From an uncultured Pseudomonadales bacterium (lineage in GTDB: Bacteria > Patescibacteriota > Microgenomatia > UBA1400 > UBA12028): a stretch of 64,000 nt of DNA. The first letter of the stretch is position 1, and each line of letters opens with the position of its first letter. Where the stretch lies: NCBI GenBank assembly GCA_964635905.1, contig CAZWPK010000001.1:68894-132893 (forward strand), read 5' to 3'. The notes beneath the pieces were generated by a model. It did not search any database and had not been told where the DNA came from. It was given only the letters and a program-made list of their open reading frames with translations. The position numbers were made by a program, and so were the translations under genes. This document shows positions 17,840-27,553 of the stretch, in pieces.

Positions 17840-20800
17840 CTATGGAGAACCACTGGACGGGCCAAATTTAACCGCACTTCCAGCTTGCATGAGCTTAAGA
17901 ATTTGAGCTTGTGTAAGGGGGTAACTGTAGATTCGAAAGTCATCAATTTTCCCTGTAAACCACGAATCGGGACTATTATCTTCAATTTCTCCGATTGTGG
18001 CATTCTCGGCATCTGTTGCAATATCATCAAACCAATCATCAAGAGTTCCGGTGCCTGCTAACGTTGTGGAAGCCCAGTTAACAGGTTTGGCATTGATGTA
18101 GAGATCGACGCCAGTGCCATCTTGCACATAACAGATATGTTCCCAGGTCTGTCGTCGGACTACATCGTTTGCTGAAAGATAGGTAATCTGATTTGATGTA
18201 GTGCTATTTCGAAGACTTGCGTAAACTGCAGCAGAGTCAGCGCCGGTGTCTGAGATAAAAAAGTTATGTTTGACATTCGATCCAGTGGAGTCAGAATAGG
18301 AAAAGAGTGTTCCTTGTGTCCCTACGTCTGTCGGAACGTCATAATAAAACCAGGAACACAGGGAACCGATAGTTTGGGTATCCATGATGTCATCCGGCAG
18401 CGCAACATAATCATCGGTCCCATCAAAATTAAGGGAGGCGTTAATTTTCCCCGTTGCCCCATTTCCCCAGGCAGTTGAACTTGTGTTACACGTGCCAACA
18501 GCTGTTTGAGACCCTGAACTTGTTCCAAACCAGGTTCCATGGTTTGTGTTTCCACTAACATCATTCATTGCGGTTCCTTGACATTCGTCAAATTGGTAGA
18601 AAAGAAACGGACCACCTCGATTATAGTCATATAGTATCTGTGTTGGTGTTCGTGCGTAGTTATAGATTACCGTGTGATCGATCGTGCCATCAAATAAATT
18701 GGATCCGGCGGATGACTGGCTTCCCCAAGTCAACGTGTTGGCAACTCCCAATCCAAGCCCCATCGTCGCGGTTCCCGTTTGGAGGACTCCGTTAATATAC
18801 AAACTCGGTGTATTACTGGCTCCCACGAAAACTCCAACCAAGTGGTACCAAGTATTGAGGGCGATAGCAGGATTACTCGTCGAACAGCCAGCGGTGTAGT
18901 TGGTATTTGACTTTTCAATTTCAAAGATAACGCGCGAGCCACAGGTTCCATTCGAGCTACCTACTAACGCAAGATGGTAGCCATCCGTACCTCCACTTCC
19001 AATTTGATAGGTCAAAATACGATGATTGATCGCGGCAGAAATCGTATCCACTTTTATCCACGTTTCGACAGTAAAGGATCCTGACCCAACTAGACCAAAG
19101 ATGGAGTTTGCCATCTGCATGACGTCATTATTGCCGTCAAACTGTAGACCGTTTCCAATTTTCCCGCGTAACCATCCCGTGTTTTTGCGATCCTGACCAA
19201 AGTTAGCATTCAGGGTAGCAGTATATCCGTTTCCGGAGGTATCAGGTGCGGACGTTCCACTCTTCTCGTCTAATTTCCATTCCCCTAAGGGAGGCCATCC
19301 CGCTCCATCCGCGAGTTGTCCAGATTCGCTGGCAGCAGTCACACCCAAATTCAAACTTGATCCGGCATTAAAATCCATGGCAATTTCTTGATCAGACATG
19401 ACTGTTTGGTAAATCTTAAACTCATCAATATACCCCTGATACCCATAGGTAGCCGAGGAAAGACCTTGGTATCCTCCAACATACGGTGTCCCGGTGTTGA
19501 CTTCAGCAGCACTATCAGAATAGGTGTCGGTATCAACATGTCTGCCGTTGTAATAGGTCTTGATAACTTTATTGACCCGATCATGAGAGATGGCGATATG
19601 CTGCCAGCTCCCCACCACAATTGGTGCCCCTAGCGTCACTTGAATTGCTGAACTCCCATTGGCGTATTGATACTGAAAGAGGGTTCCACTGACGTTAAAG
19701 TAGATCCAGTGAAACCCTACTGATGTGCTTTGTGCTCCGCGGTTATACAGTGTCGGCAGGGTAGAATTAGTCAAGGAAGTGGGATTAATCCACATACTAA
19801 AAGTGATGCCATCTTTGCCATCGATTGCAGGGCTGGATGTACCAGTGATAATGTCTCCAGAACCATCCATAGACAAGGATCCGTTTACTTTCCCATTCTT
19901 TTTAAAACTTGCGCCGGTAACTGTACCATTGTCCGTTCTACTTCCTGTATGGTGAGCAATAGCACCGGAGGATTCATCCATCGCCCAATACAAACTTGGA
20001 GAGAGGTTTTGGACGGTAGTCCGACTTCCATTGAAGTCTTGGTTGACTAAGCGATACGTTCGCTCGTAGTTGTAGATTATTATCTCATCTACGGAGCCAG
20101 TAAAATCATTCGAGGTGCCATCAGCATCAATTCCGATATACAGTGGATCGGAGTTGGTTAGCGTATTGGTTGCCGTCAACGAAGAATCGGTGGCAATCAG
20201 TAATCCATCGATATAGAGTTTTAGACTTGTAGCACCTAATTTCACACACTCTACATGATGCCAAGTATTGTCATCGTAGGTTGCCGCCGTGGACGTCGCA
20301 GAGTCGGTCGGTGACCAAGTCGAGTCATAATCTAACCCACACGTAATATCCCCATCCGATTCCATAATGACCTTGTAGCCAGCCTCGTTAAATTTGGACA
20401 GAATGACTTCTTGGGCAGAAGCGGTTTCATGTTTGAAAAAGAGGCTAATCGACATGTCCGCATCATCGGCAAAATCAAAATCAGCATCATCGGCACGTGT
20501 TAAATGCTGATTGGATCCAGCAAAGGCAATTCCTGATCCATATTTTCCGGTCTTCCAAGTCGGGGTATTCGTTAAGGTGAGCTCATTATCTCGTGTGGAA
20601 GTATCAAGCGCCGTACTCCCGCTATTATCGTCAAGATTCCAGTACCCAACAGGACTGGGGGGTGTGGCGTACAATTGCCGAATTTCTGCAGGACTTAACG
20701 CGCGATTATAGATACGTGGTTCATCGATTAGACCATCGTAATAGTCCGATCCCCCGAAGGAATAATGCGCAGCTCCCACGAGAAAGGTTTCACCGGTGTC

Positions 20801-22501
20801 CCCAATTGCGCTCGGAGCTCCAGTGGAAGTTGCTGCTAGTTCACCGTTGACAAAGACATTGGCAATCCGGGTTCGGGGGTCATAGGTTCCCGCTACATGA
20901 TACCAAGTTCCTGTCACTAAATTGCTGGTAGCTGTAGTTACCAAAAAGGTGTCTGTATCGATAAATAGGCGGACTTCATCGCCATATTGCGTCAGAAGAT
21001 AGCTTAAGTTCGTATCGTCCCACTTTCCGATGATATTAAAGTGTGTGGCTGCAGTAGTGGACTCCGGTTTGATCCATGCAGATAGGCTCAGGGCTCCGGT
21101 GACCGACAGAGTTGCATTGTCAGCAATGTACAAATAATTGAAGCTACCACGCTCGTTATCAATGCCATTTCCATATTTGCCATTGGCGTAGGCAGTGCTG
21201 TTGGCATTGGTTAACGTAAATCCATTTCCCGAAGCATCTGCGGCATTTCCGCTACTTTCATCCAGTTTCCAATAGCCAATTAAGCCATTGCTTAACGTAT
21301 CTTGGGGTTGTCCACCCAGCTTACCGGCGAACTGATTATAATCCGATTTAACCTGCGTTGCGCTGCGACCGTACGTATACAATTTAACTTCATCAATGCT
21401 TCCTAAAAACTTCTCTACACCATCGGCTCCTGCCGTTACGGCTCCAATCGTTAAGGCATAGGTATCATCCGACATGGCTTCAGTCACGCTACCTTCGGCT
21501 CGCTGCAGCCCGTTGACAAAAATACGTTCTGTTGTGCTATCGCGGCTGTACACCACATGGGTCCAGCGACTGGTTACGATATTTGCGGTGGTGGTTCGAA
21601 ACTCCTGCCAGCCATTCCCATTTTTGTAACTCACAGCAATTTCGTCTTGATCTAGATATAAGCTGTAGGCACGTGCATCCCAACTACTTGGAGTGCCTTT
21701 ATGCACAATGCCTTGCCAGTCAATGGTCGTACTGTTGGGGAAAATCCACGCTTCAATCGTCAGCGTATTTCCTAGATCCAACGTGGGATCATCGGTTGCC
21801 AGTACATAATCATTGGTACCATCAAAGCGTAAACACTTATCGACGACGCACTGACTATTGGTAACCCAGACAGGGTCATCGGTAGAGATGGAGGTCGAAC
21901 TTCCAAAGGTCGCATCATTGTCATTTGCGGTCGAATCTTGTGTCACTTGTCCGGTTCCTTCGTTAAATCCCCAGTACGCGACAGGACCTGGGGTAGATTC
22001 TTCGGACTGGAGGGCGAGAGAACCGAGGCCGGAGGCAGCGGAGGAGAAGTCAGCGGATTCAAATCCATTGGCAATGGTGGGGTTGCCATAATACATATAG
22101 TAGTTGGATTCCCCAGCTGGGAGGGAATCAAAGAGGACATGGATGTTGGCCGTGGCATCACAATCTACGACATAGAATTTGAGTAACTGTCCATTTTCTT
22201 TGGTGAAGCGGAGATCACCACAATCAGCTTGGAACTTGGTAGAGTCTGTGGCATCAAAGGAGGGGACAGAGACATAGACAGAGGATTCTAAGGAGGAATG
22301 GGAGGGGATGTTGACTCGTTTTCGATAGGCCCAATTGGCATCAAACCAGGCTGCTTGACTTAAGGGAGCTTGACGTAAGGAGAAGAATACCAAGGGGATG
22401 AGAATGAGTACAACAGGAAGAGTGATCGCCAAAATCAGGAGTCGAGAAAAACTCCGGGAACGTAATTTCCGGTGACCACTGCGAATGCGCTTCACTCTCA
22501 T
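17840..22501 (-). CDS. Large surface protein: N-terminal TM, DUF2341-like domain, multiple LamG (ConA-like) domains
   Basis: AWFDANWAYRKRV..DCGDLRFT..YYMYYGNP, then repeated YWxLDE..FDGxNDY..GxIDExxIY units. Ends FGPSSGSP. Confidence 0.9.
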   Translation of the reverse strand: MRVKRIRSGHRKLRSRSFSRLLILAITLPVVLILIPLVFFSLRQAPLSQAAWFDANWAYRKRVNIPSHSSLESSVYVSVPSFDATDSTKFQADCGDLRFTKENGQLLKFYVVDCDATANIHVLFDSLPAGESNYYMYYGNPTIANGFESADFSSAASGLGSLALQSEESTPGPVAYWGFNEGTGQVTQDSTANDNDATFGSSTSISTDDPVWVTNSQCVVDKCLRFDGTNDYVLATDDPTLDLGNTLTIEAWIFPNSTTIDWQGIVHKGTPSSWDARAYSLYLDQDEIAVSYKNGNGWQEFRTTTANIVTSRWTHVVYSRDSTTERIFVNGLQRAEGSVTEAMSDDTYALTIGAVTAGADGVEKFLGSIDEVKLYTYGRSATQVKSDYNQFAGKLGGQPQDTLSNGLIGYWKLDESSGNAADASGNGFTLTNANSTAYANGKYGNGIDNERGSFNYLYIADNATLSVTGALSLSAWIKPESTTAATHFNIIGKWDDTNLSYLLTQYGDEVRLFIDTDTFLVTTATSNLVTGTWYHVAGTYDPRTRIANVFVNGELAATSTGAPSAIGDTGETFLVGAAHYSFGGSDYYDGLIDEPRIYNRALSPAEIRQLYATPPSPVGYWNLDDNSGSTALDTSTRDNELTLTNTPTWKTGKYGSGIAFAGSNQHLTRADDADFDFADDADMSISLFFKHETASAQEVILSKFNEAGYKVIMESDGDITCGLDYDSTWSPTDSATSTAATYDDNTWHHVECVKLGATSLKLYIDGLLIATDSSLTATNTLTNSDPLYIGIDADGTSNDFTGSVDEIIIYNYERTYRLVNQDFNGSRTTVQNLSPSLYWAMDESSGAIAHHTGSRTDNGTVTGASFKKNGKVNGSLSMDGSGDIITGTSSPAIDGKDGITFSMWINPTSLTNSTLPTLYNRGAQSTSVGFHWIYFNVSGTLFQYQYANGSSAIQVTLGAPIVVGSWQHIAISHDRVNKVIKTYYNGRHVDTDTYSDSAAEVNTGTPYVGGYQGLSSATYGYQGYIDEFKIYQTVMSDQEIAMDFNAGSSLNLGVTAASESGQLADGAGWPPLGEWKLDEKSGTSAPDTSGNGYTATLNANFGQDRKNTGWLRGKIGNGLQFDGNNDVMQMANSIFGLVGSGSFTVETWIKVDTISAAINHRILTYQIGSGGTDGYHLALVGSSNGTCGSRVIFEIEKSNTNYTAGCSTSNPAIALNTWYHLVGVFVGASNTPSLYINGVLQTGTATMGLGLGVANTLTWGSQSSAGSNLFDGTIDHTVIYNYARTPTQILYDYNRGGPFLFYQFDECQGTAMNDVSGNTNHGTWFGTSSGSQTAVGTCNTSSTAWGNGATGKINASLNFDGTDDYVALPDDIMDTQTIGSLCSWFYYDVPTDVGTQGTLFSYSDSTGSNVKHNFFISDTGADSAAVYASLRNSTTSNQITYLSANDVVRRQTWEHICYVQDGTGVDLYINAKPVNWASTTLAGTGTLDDWFDDIATDAENATIGEIEDNSPDSWFTGKIDDFRIYSYPLTQAQILKLMQAGSAVKFGPSSGSP
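21971..22434. repeat. 464-bp direct repeat, copy 1 (5' part of LamG gene A)
   Basis: Reads identical to 27035-27498 (offset 5064). Confidence 0.9.
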
Positions 22502-22645
22502 AGTATGCCAATTTTTTCTTGATTGTACTAGGGATAAATCAACAGTGAAGGAACAATCTACAAGATCATATTGCTACAAAAACATCCATACCATGACAAA
22601 AAAGACTCACAATATAGGGCGAAGCATCAGAACAAAACGACCATT

Positions 22646-25600
22646 CTACGGTGAACCCGAAGACGGTCCAAAGAACAGAGAGGCGTTGTTGTTATAGAGT
22701 TTGCGGGCGTGATAGATGGATAAACGATAGTTAAAGATTTGTAGTGCATCAATTTGACCGGTGAAATTATTACTACCAACCGTTGCTGCATACGTGCCAA
22801 TGGTTTTGCTACGTCCGGTTGTAGTGATGGTATTTCCGTTAAAACCAGCGCTTCCCGAGACAGTTTTACCATCTAAGAACATGTAGACCTCATGACTGCT
22901 CCCATTGTAACTGAGGGTACACACAAAGTGGTGCCAAGCACCGTCGTTGACCAGCGGGGAAGGAGAAACGGTCCCACTTCCGGAGGCATTGCCGACATTA
23001 CAAGCAACGCGATTGGTGGTGTTTACATAGATGTTAAATCGGTGGGTTGTAGTAGTCCCCACATTGGAAAAAATGTATCCAATGCCACCGGAATAATCGG
23101 CCGAAGTTTTGAACCAGACGCTTACTGATTGTTCTCCGACGTCGGGTGAAAAGATGCTGGTATCGGCAATCGAAACATAGTCATCACTCCCATCGAAGTT
23201 TAAGCTTCCATTAAATTTCCCAGTCGATCCATTTCCCCAGGCAGTGGAAGCGGTAGTGCAGGTACCAGCGGTGGTTTGGGAGCCGCTAGCCCCAACGGTA
23301 AGGGTGCCGTTGTTTCCTTTCCCAGAAGAGTCGTTTAAGGTGTTTCCTTGACATTCATCCAGTTTCCAATGAGCGATGGGAGCTCCCCGGCTAAAGTCAT
23401 AGGCAATTTGAGCATCGGTGCGGGCATAGTTATACAACTTGAATTCATCCACCGACCCATTCAAGAAAGAGTCGGGACTATTGTCTTGGATGTTGCCTAT
23501 CGTAACCGCTTCCACCGAGGCTGCACCATCATCAAACCAGTCATTTAAGCTCCCAGCTCCGCCATCGGTGGCGGTGACCGCAATCTTTACGCCGTTGACA
23601 AACATCTCGACTCCCAAGCCGCTCCCAGCTTGGCGCAGACATAGATGTGTCCAGGTAAGACGGGGAATGGCATTGTCGGCAGAGGTGTAATCGTACGCAT
23701 CATTGGCGGTGCCATCTTGTCGAATGTGGACGCGTAAACGGGCGATATCACTCCCCGTATCAGAGATATAGATCGAATGCTTGGTCACCGTTCCTCCGGT
23801 GTCGGCAACGGAGAAAAAGCTGCCCTGCGTCCCATCATCAGTAGGCTTATTGTAATAGACCCAACCACACACAGTGCCTACGGTGTGACTGTCCGTACTA
23901 TTGTCCGGAAGGGCAATAAAATCGTCGGTACCATCTAACCGCACCCCTGTCCCAATTTTCCCTTGCGTCCACACGGGTCCACTAGTCAGCGTCCCGGTGT
24001 TTCCCGTGCTACTGGTATCAACAGCAGTAGTGCCAGTATTGTCATCGAATTGTAAATAGGAAGCTGGGGGATTCCCGCTCCCATCCACGGATTGGGCACT
24101 CTCGGCGGTGGAGGTGCTATTGATATTTAAGGCTGCGTTGGCATTCGCATCCACACGAATTTCTTCGGAGCTAAGCTCACCGCTGTAGATTTTAAACTCG
24201 TCAATTCTTCCATCAAAATTTGCGGTGGTTGTTCCGCCAACCAGGAAATTTGCCGTATCTGTAATTGCAGGGGAACCCGATCCATTCGTGGAGGTTCCTT
24301 TCCGTATTCCATTTACCCACAGACTAATCTCATCGTCGCTATCATCTGTATATGTTAGGGCAATATGGTTCCAGGTGCCGGTAGTGATCGGAGAACTTAC
24401 ATTAAGCGTTGCGTCGCTTCCGGTTAAATCTAGACTACATTCAATATCCAGATTACTTCCTGACTGGGAATCTACCCGACACCAGGTAGTGGTGCCTTTA
24501 TAAAAAATTTGACCCACATCATTTTCGCCATCAGAATCGGCATTAATCCAAGAAGAGATCGTGACACCTTGTGTTAATGTCACATCAAAATCAATCGCAT
24601 CACCATTGGTGACTGTTAGGACGTCATCACTACCATCAAAGTCTAAACAACCATTGAGTTTACAGTCGGTTTTGGTTTTCCAAGTGGTGCCGGTTAAAGT
24701 CTCTGTAAACGCGATACTAGAGCGGGAGTTAATGGTGGTGCCTTGGACTTCATCCAATGCCCAATAGGCAATCGGAGAGCCAACCGGGGAACCGGCCAGT
24801 GGATGTCCCCCATTCATATCTTCAATAATTTGTTCACTGGTTCGCTGGTAGTTATATACACGAAGATCATCCATTTTCCCCGGGAACTGGGTTGAAACAC
24901 CACTGTTAAGAGCTCCTATCAAGATTGCAGCGTTGCTACTTATTCGTCCCGCGATCGCGCAGGTTTTTACCAGGACGCCATTTAAATAGATACGAACGTT
25001 CACTCCGGTTAGTGTATCTTCATAGGTGACGGCCGCATGACTCCAAGTATTGGCGGAGAGAATTCCTGTGGACGTATTGCAGCTAGTTAAGACCGATTGG
25101 GTTTGGTTGCGTACATTTCCAAACAGTCCGCCTCCAGCAAGCTGTGCCAGTCCAAACCCATATGTGGACCCATTTTCTCCTCCGGCAATCACTCCAGCAG
25201 GTGTGATTGTAGAAGGATTGATCCAGGCCATGACGCTGGCACTCCCGTTGGTGATGGTATATGGTGTGCCAACCGATCGTATATAGTCATTCACCCCATC
25301 AAAAAATCCAGCTTTGCCAAATTTCCCCTCGGCTCCACCCATGGGTCCAGTCGAATTTGGACACGCAATTGCTGAATAGGCATTTCCCGATTTTTCCTGT
25401 ACTGTGGCGGTTGAACAGTCATTGGTCCAACTCCCTTCATCCATGGGCCAGTACCCTATAGGTCCTGTAGCCCAGTTGGCAAGTTGTTCGATTGCAAGAG
25501 GTGAGAGGGCGCGGTTATAAATGCGAGCTTCATCGATAATTCCTTTGTACGGGTGGGTTGTGGGTGCACCTCCCAAGTACACGACTTCGGTTCCGGTATA

Positions 25601-27553
25601 TAAAGTGCCGGTATAGGTCGTGCTACTTTCCAATTTTCCGTCAATAAAAATAGACGCTCGAGTCCCATCCATGGTCGCGGCAACATGATGCCAAATTCCA
25701 TCATTGACTAGGGTTGTACCTGCGACTGCCACTCCATCGTTTACTCCTCCAACTTTGGAAAATAACACGATGGAGCCATCGGTTCCGTACGCACCTCCTG
25801 ATGTAAGACCGAGCCAATAATTGCGTGTGGTATTGCTATCGTTATCTTTGGATATAAACGTCTGTAAACTTCCTGAGGACGTCGTCTTCACCCAGGCGGC
25901 TAGAGTGAACTGTTGCAGTTGGAGGGAAGCAGCATTGGCAACGCTGATGTAGTCATTGGTTCCATCCATCCACACCGCGTTGCCAAAGCGCGCGGTGCCA
26001 GTTTTGTGGACAACTTGATAGTTACACGAGTTTAAGGTGGCAGCGAATGCATCCGTGGTAAAGGTTTTAGTACTCCCCACATAGTCGTTAATAACACGGA
26101 TGGTGTTAATCGTATTACCGCCACAGGTTGCGGTGATTTGCAGATACATTCCAACATACATGTCGTCAACGGACGACAGTGTTCCATCGGTATCAACTAA
26201 CACCGTTGTAGATCCACCGGAAGCATCGGCCGTCCCACCTTCATTTGTGCCGGTGATGGTGCCAGTATTCCCGATGCCCGAATCATCAACCACCGACGTT
26301 CCTGCCGTCAGTAGTTCATCCATCTTCCAGTAGCCAACGAGACCTTCCGAGAGAAAGGTGGTGGGGTCGTTTCCTCCTAGTTGAGCGGCCCGATTGCTAG
26401 CCATATCCATTTTTATCTGGGCGGGGGTACGCGCGTACCCATACATTTTGACCTCATCGATATATCCTTTATACAAATAGGTCGAACTATGGTTAAATCG
26501 ACCGATGCTTAAGGTTCCGGCGGTCGCGGTGTCGCGTGTTCCCGAAGTACTCGAGCTTGTGGCTACAGCTACACCATCAATGTACAGGGTCATTGTCGTG
26601 CCGGAAACCGTACATTCTAGATGATGCCATTTACTATCGCGATAATTCGTCGTTACGATGGCCTCTAGGTATGTGTTTCCTGAATTGGCTTGGTACACTT
26701 TACAGTGCAGAGTTTCATCGGTATGAAAAAAGATGGCATAGAGCCAGTCGTTGCTAGTTCCATAATTGACCAACACGTGACTGGACCCGGCGGGTCCAGG
26801 ATTTTTGAACCAAAGGGAAGTGGAAAAGTTTCCCGTAAACTCGAGCGCATTAATATCTCCCACGTTGACATAATCTTCCACTGCATCAAAGTATAAACAA
26901 CTTTCACTCACACAGCGATCTTTCGATTGCCAGACAGGGTCGGTGGAGTTAGCAGATGTCGAGTTGCCTAATGTGCCATCATAGTTTTTTGTCGTACTAT
27001 CTTCGATAAACTGTCCCTGGGCTTCATCCATCTTCCAGTACGCGACAGGACCTGGGGTAGATTCTTCGGACTGGAGGGCGAGAGAACCGAGGCCGGAGGC
27101 AGCGGAGGAGAAGTCAGCGGATTCAAATCCATTGGCAATGGTGGGGTTGCCATAATACATATAGTAGTTGGATTCCCCAGCTGGGAGGGAATCAAAGAGG
27201 ACATGGATGTTGGCCGTGGCATCACAATCTACGACATAGAATTTGAGTAACTGTCCATTTTCTTTGGTGAAGCGGAGATCACCACAATCAGCTTGGAACT
27301 TGGTAGAGTCTGTGGCATCAAAGGAGGGGACAGAGACATAGACAGAGGATTCTAAGGAGGAATGGGAGGGGATGTTGACTCGTTTTCGATAGGCCCAATT
27401 GGCATCAAACCAGGCTGCTTGACTTAAGGGAGCTTGACGTAAGGAGAAGAATACCAAGGGGATGAGAATGAGTACAACAGGAAGAGTGATCGCCAAAACA
27501 TAGAGCCGACGCAACGAACGAGATGCTGGTATGCGTTTTTGATGTCGTTTCAT
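22646..27553 (-). CDS. Large surface protein: N-terminal TM, DUF2341-like domain, multiple LamG domains (paralog)
   Basis: Same architecture as the neighbouring LamG gene. ATG at 27553 overlaps the giant gene's stop (TAATG). Ends FGPSSGSP. Confidence 0.9.
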   Translation of the reverse strand: MKRHQKRIPASRSLRRLYVLAITLPVVLILIPLVFFSLRQAPLSQAAWFDANWAYRKRVNIPSHSSLESSVYVSVPSFDATDSTKFQADCGDLRFTKENGQLLKFYVVDCDATANIHVLFDSLPAGESNYYMYYGNPTIANGFESADFSSAASGLGSLALQSEESTPGPVAYWKMDEAQGQFIEDSTTKNYDGTLGNSTSANSTDPVWQSKDRCVSESCLYFDAVEDYVNVGDINALEFTGNFSTSLWFKNPGPAGSSHVLVNYGTSNDWLYAIFFHTDETLHCKVYQANSGNTYLEAIVTTNYRDSKWHHLECTVSGTTMTLYIDGVAVATSSSTSGTRDTATAGTLSIGRFNHSSTYLYKGYIDEVKMYGYARTPAQIKMDMASNRAAQLGGNDPTTFLSEGLVGYWKMDELLTAGTSVVDDSGIGNTGTITGTNEGGTADASGGSTTVLVDTDGTLSSVDDMYVGMYLQITATCGGNTINTIRVINDYVGSTKTFTTDAFAATLNSCNYQVVHKTGTARFGNAVWMDGTNDYISVANAASLQLQQFTLAAWVKTTSSGSLQTFISKDNDSNTTRNYWLGLTSGGAYGTDGSIVLFSKVGGVNDGVAVAGTTLVNDGIWHHVAATMDGTRASIFIDGKLESSTTYTGTLYTGTEVVYLGGAPTTHPYKGIIDEARIYNRALSPLAIEQLANWATGPIGYWPMDEGSWTNDCSTATVQEKSGNAYSAIACPNSTGPMGGAEGKFGKAGFFDGVNDYIRSVGTPYTITNGSASVMAWINPSTITPAGVIAGGENGSTYGFGLAQLAGGGLFGNVRNQTQSVLTSCNTSTGILSANTWSHAAVTYEDTLTGVNVRIYLNGVLVKTCAIAGRISSNAAILIGALNSGVSTQFPGKMDDLRVYNYQRTSEQIIEDMNGGHPLAGSPVGSPIAYWALDEVQGTTINSRSSIAFTETLTGTTWKTKTDCKLNGCLDFDGSDDVLTVTNGDAIDFDVTLTQGVTISSWINADSDGENDVGQIFYKGTTTWCRVDSQSGSNLDIECSLDLTGSDATLNVSSPITTGTWNHIALTYTDDSDDEISLWVNGIRKGTSTNGSGSPAITDTANFLVGGTTTANFDGRIDEFKIYSGELSSEEIRVDANANAALNINSTSTAESAQSVDGSGNPPASYLQFDDNTGTTAVDTSSTGNTGTLTSGPVWTQGKIGTGVRLDGTDDFIALPDNSTDSHTVGTVCGWVYYNKPTDDGTQGSFFSVADTGGTVTKHSIYISDTGSDIARLRVHIRQDGTANDAYDYTSADNAIPRLTWTHLCLRQAGSGLGVEMFVNGVKIAVTATDGGAGSLNDWFDDGAASVEAVTIGNIQDNSPDSFLNGSVDEFKLYNYARTDAQIAYDFSRGAPIAHWKLDECQGNTLNDSSGKGNNGTLTVGASGSQTTAGTCTTASTAWGNGSTGKFNGSLNFDGSDDYVSIADTSIFSPDVGEQSVSVWFKTSADYSGGIGYIFSNVGTTTTHRFNIYVNTTNRVACNVGNASGSGTVSPSPLVNDGAWHHFVCTLSYNGSSHEVYMFLDGKTVSGSAGFNGNTITTTGRSKTIGTYAATVGSNNFTGQIDALQIFNYRLSIYHARKLYNNNASLFFGPSSGSP
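27035..27498. repeat. 464-bp direct repeat, copy 2 (5' part of LamG gene B)
   Basis: Reads identical to 21971-22434. Confidence 0.9.
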
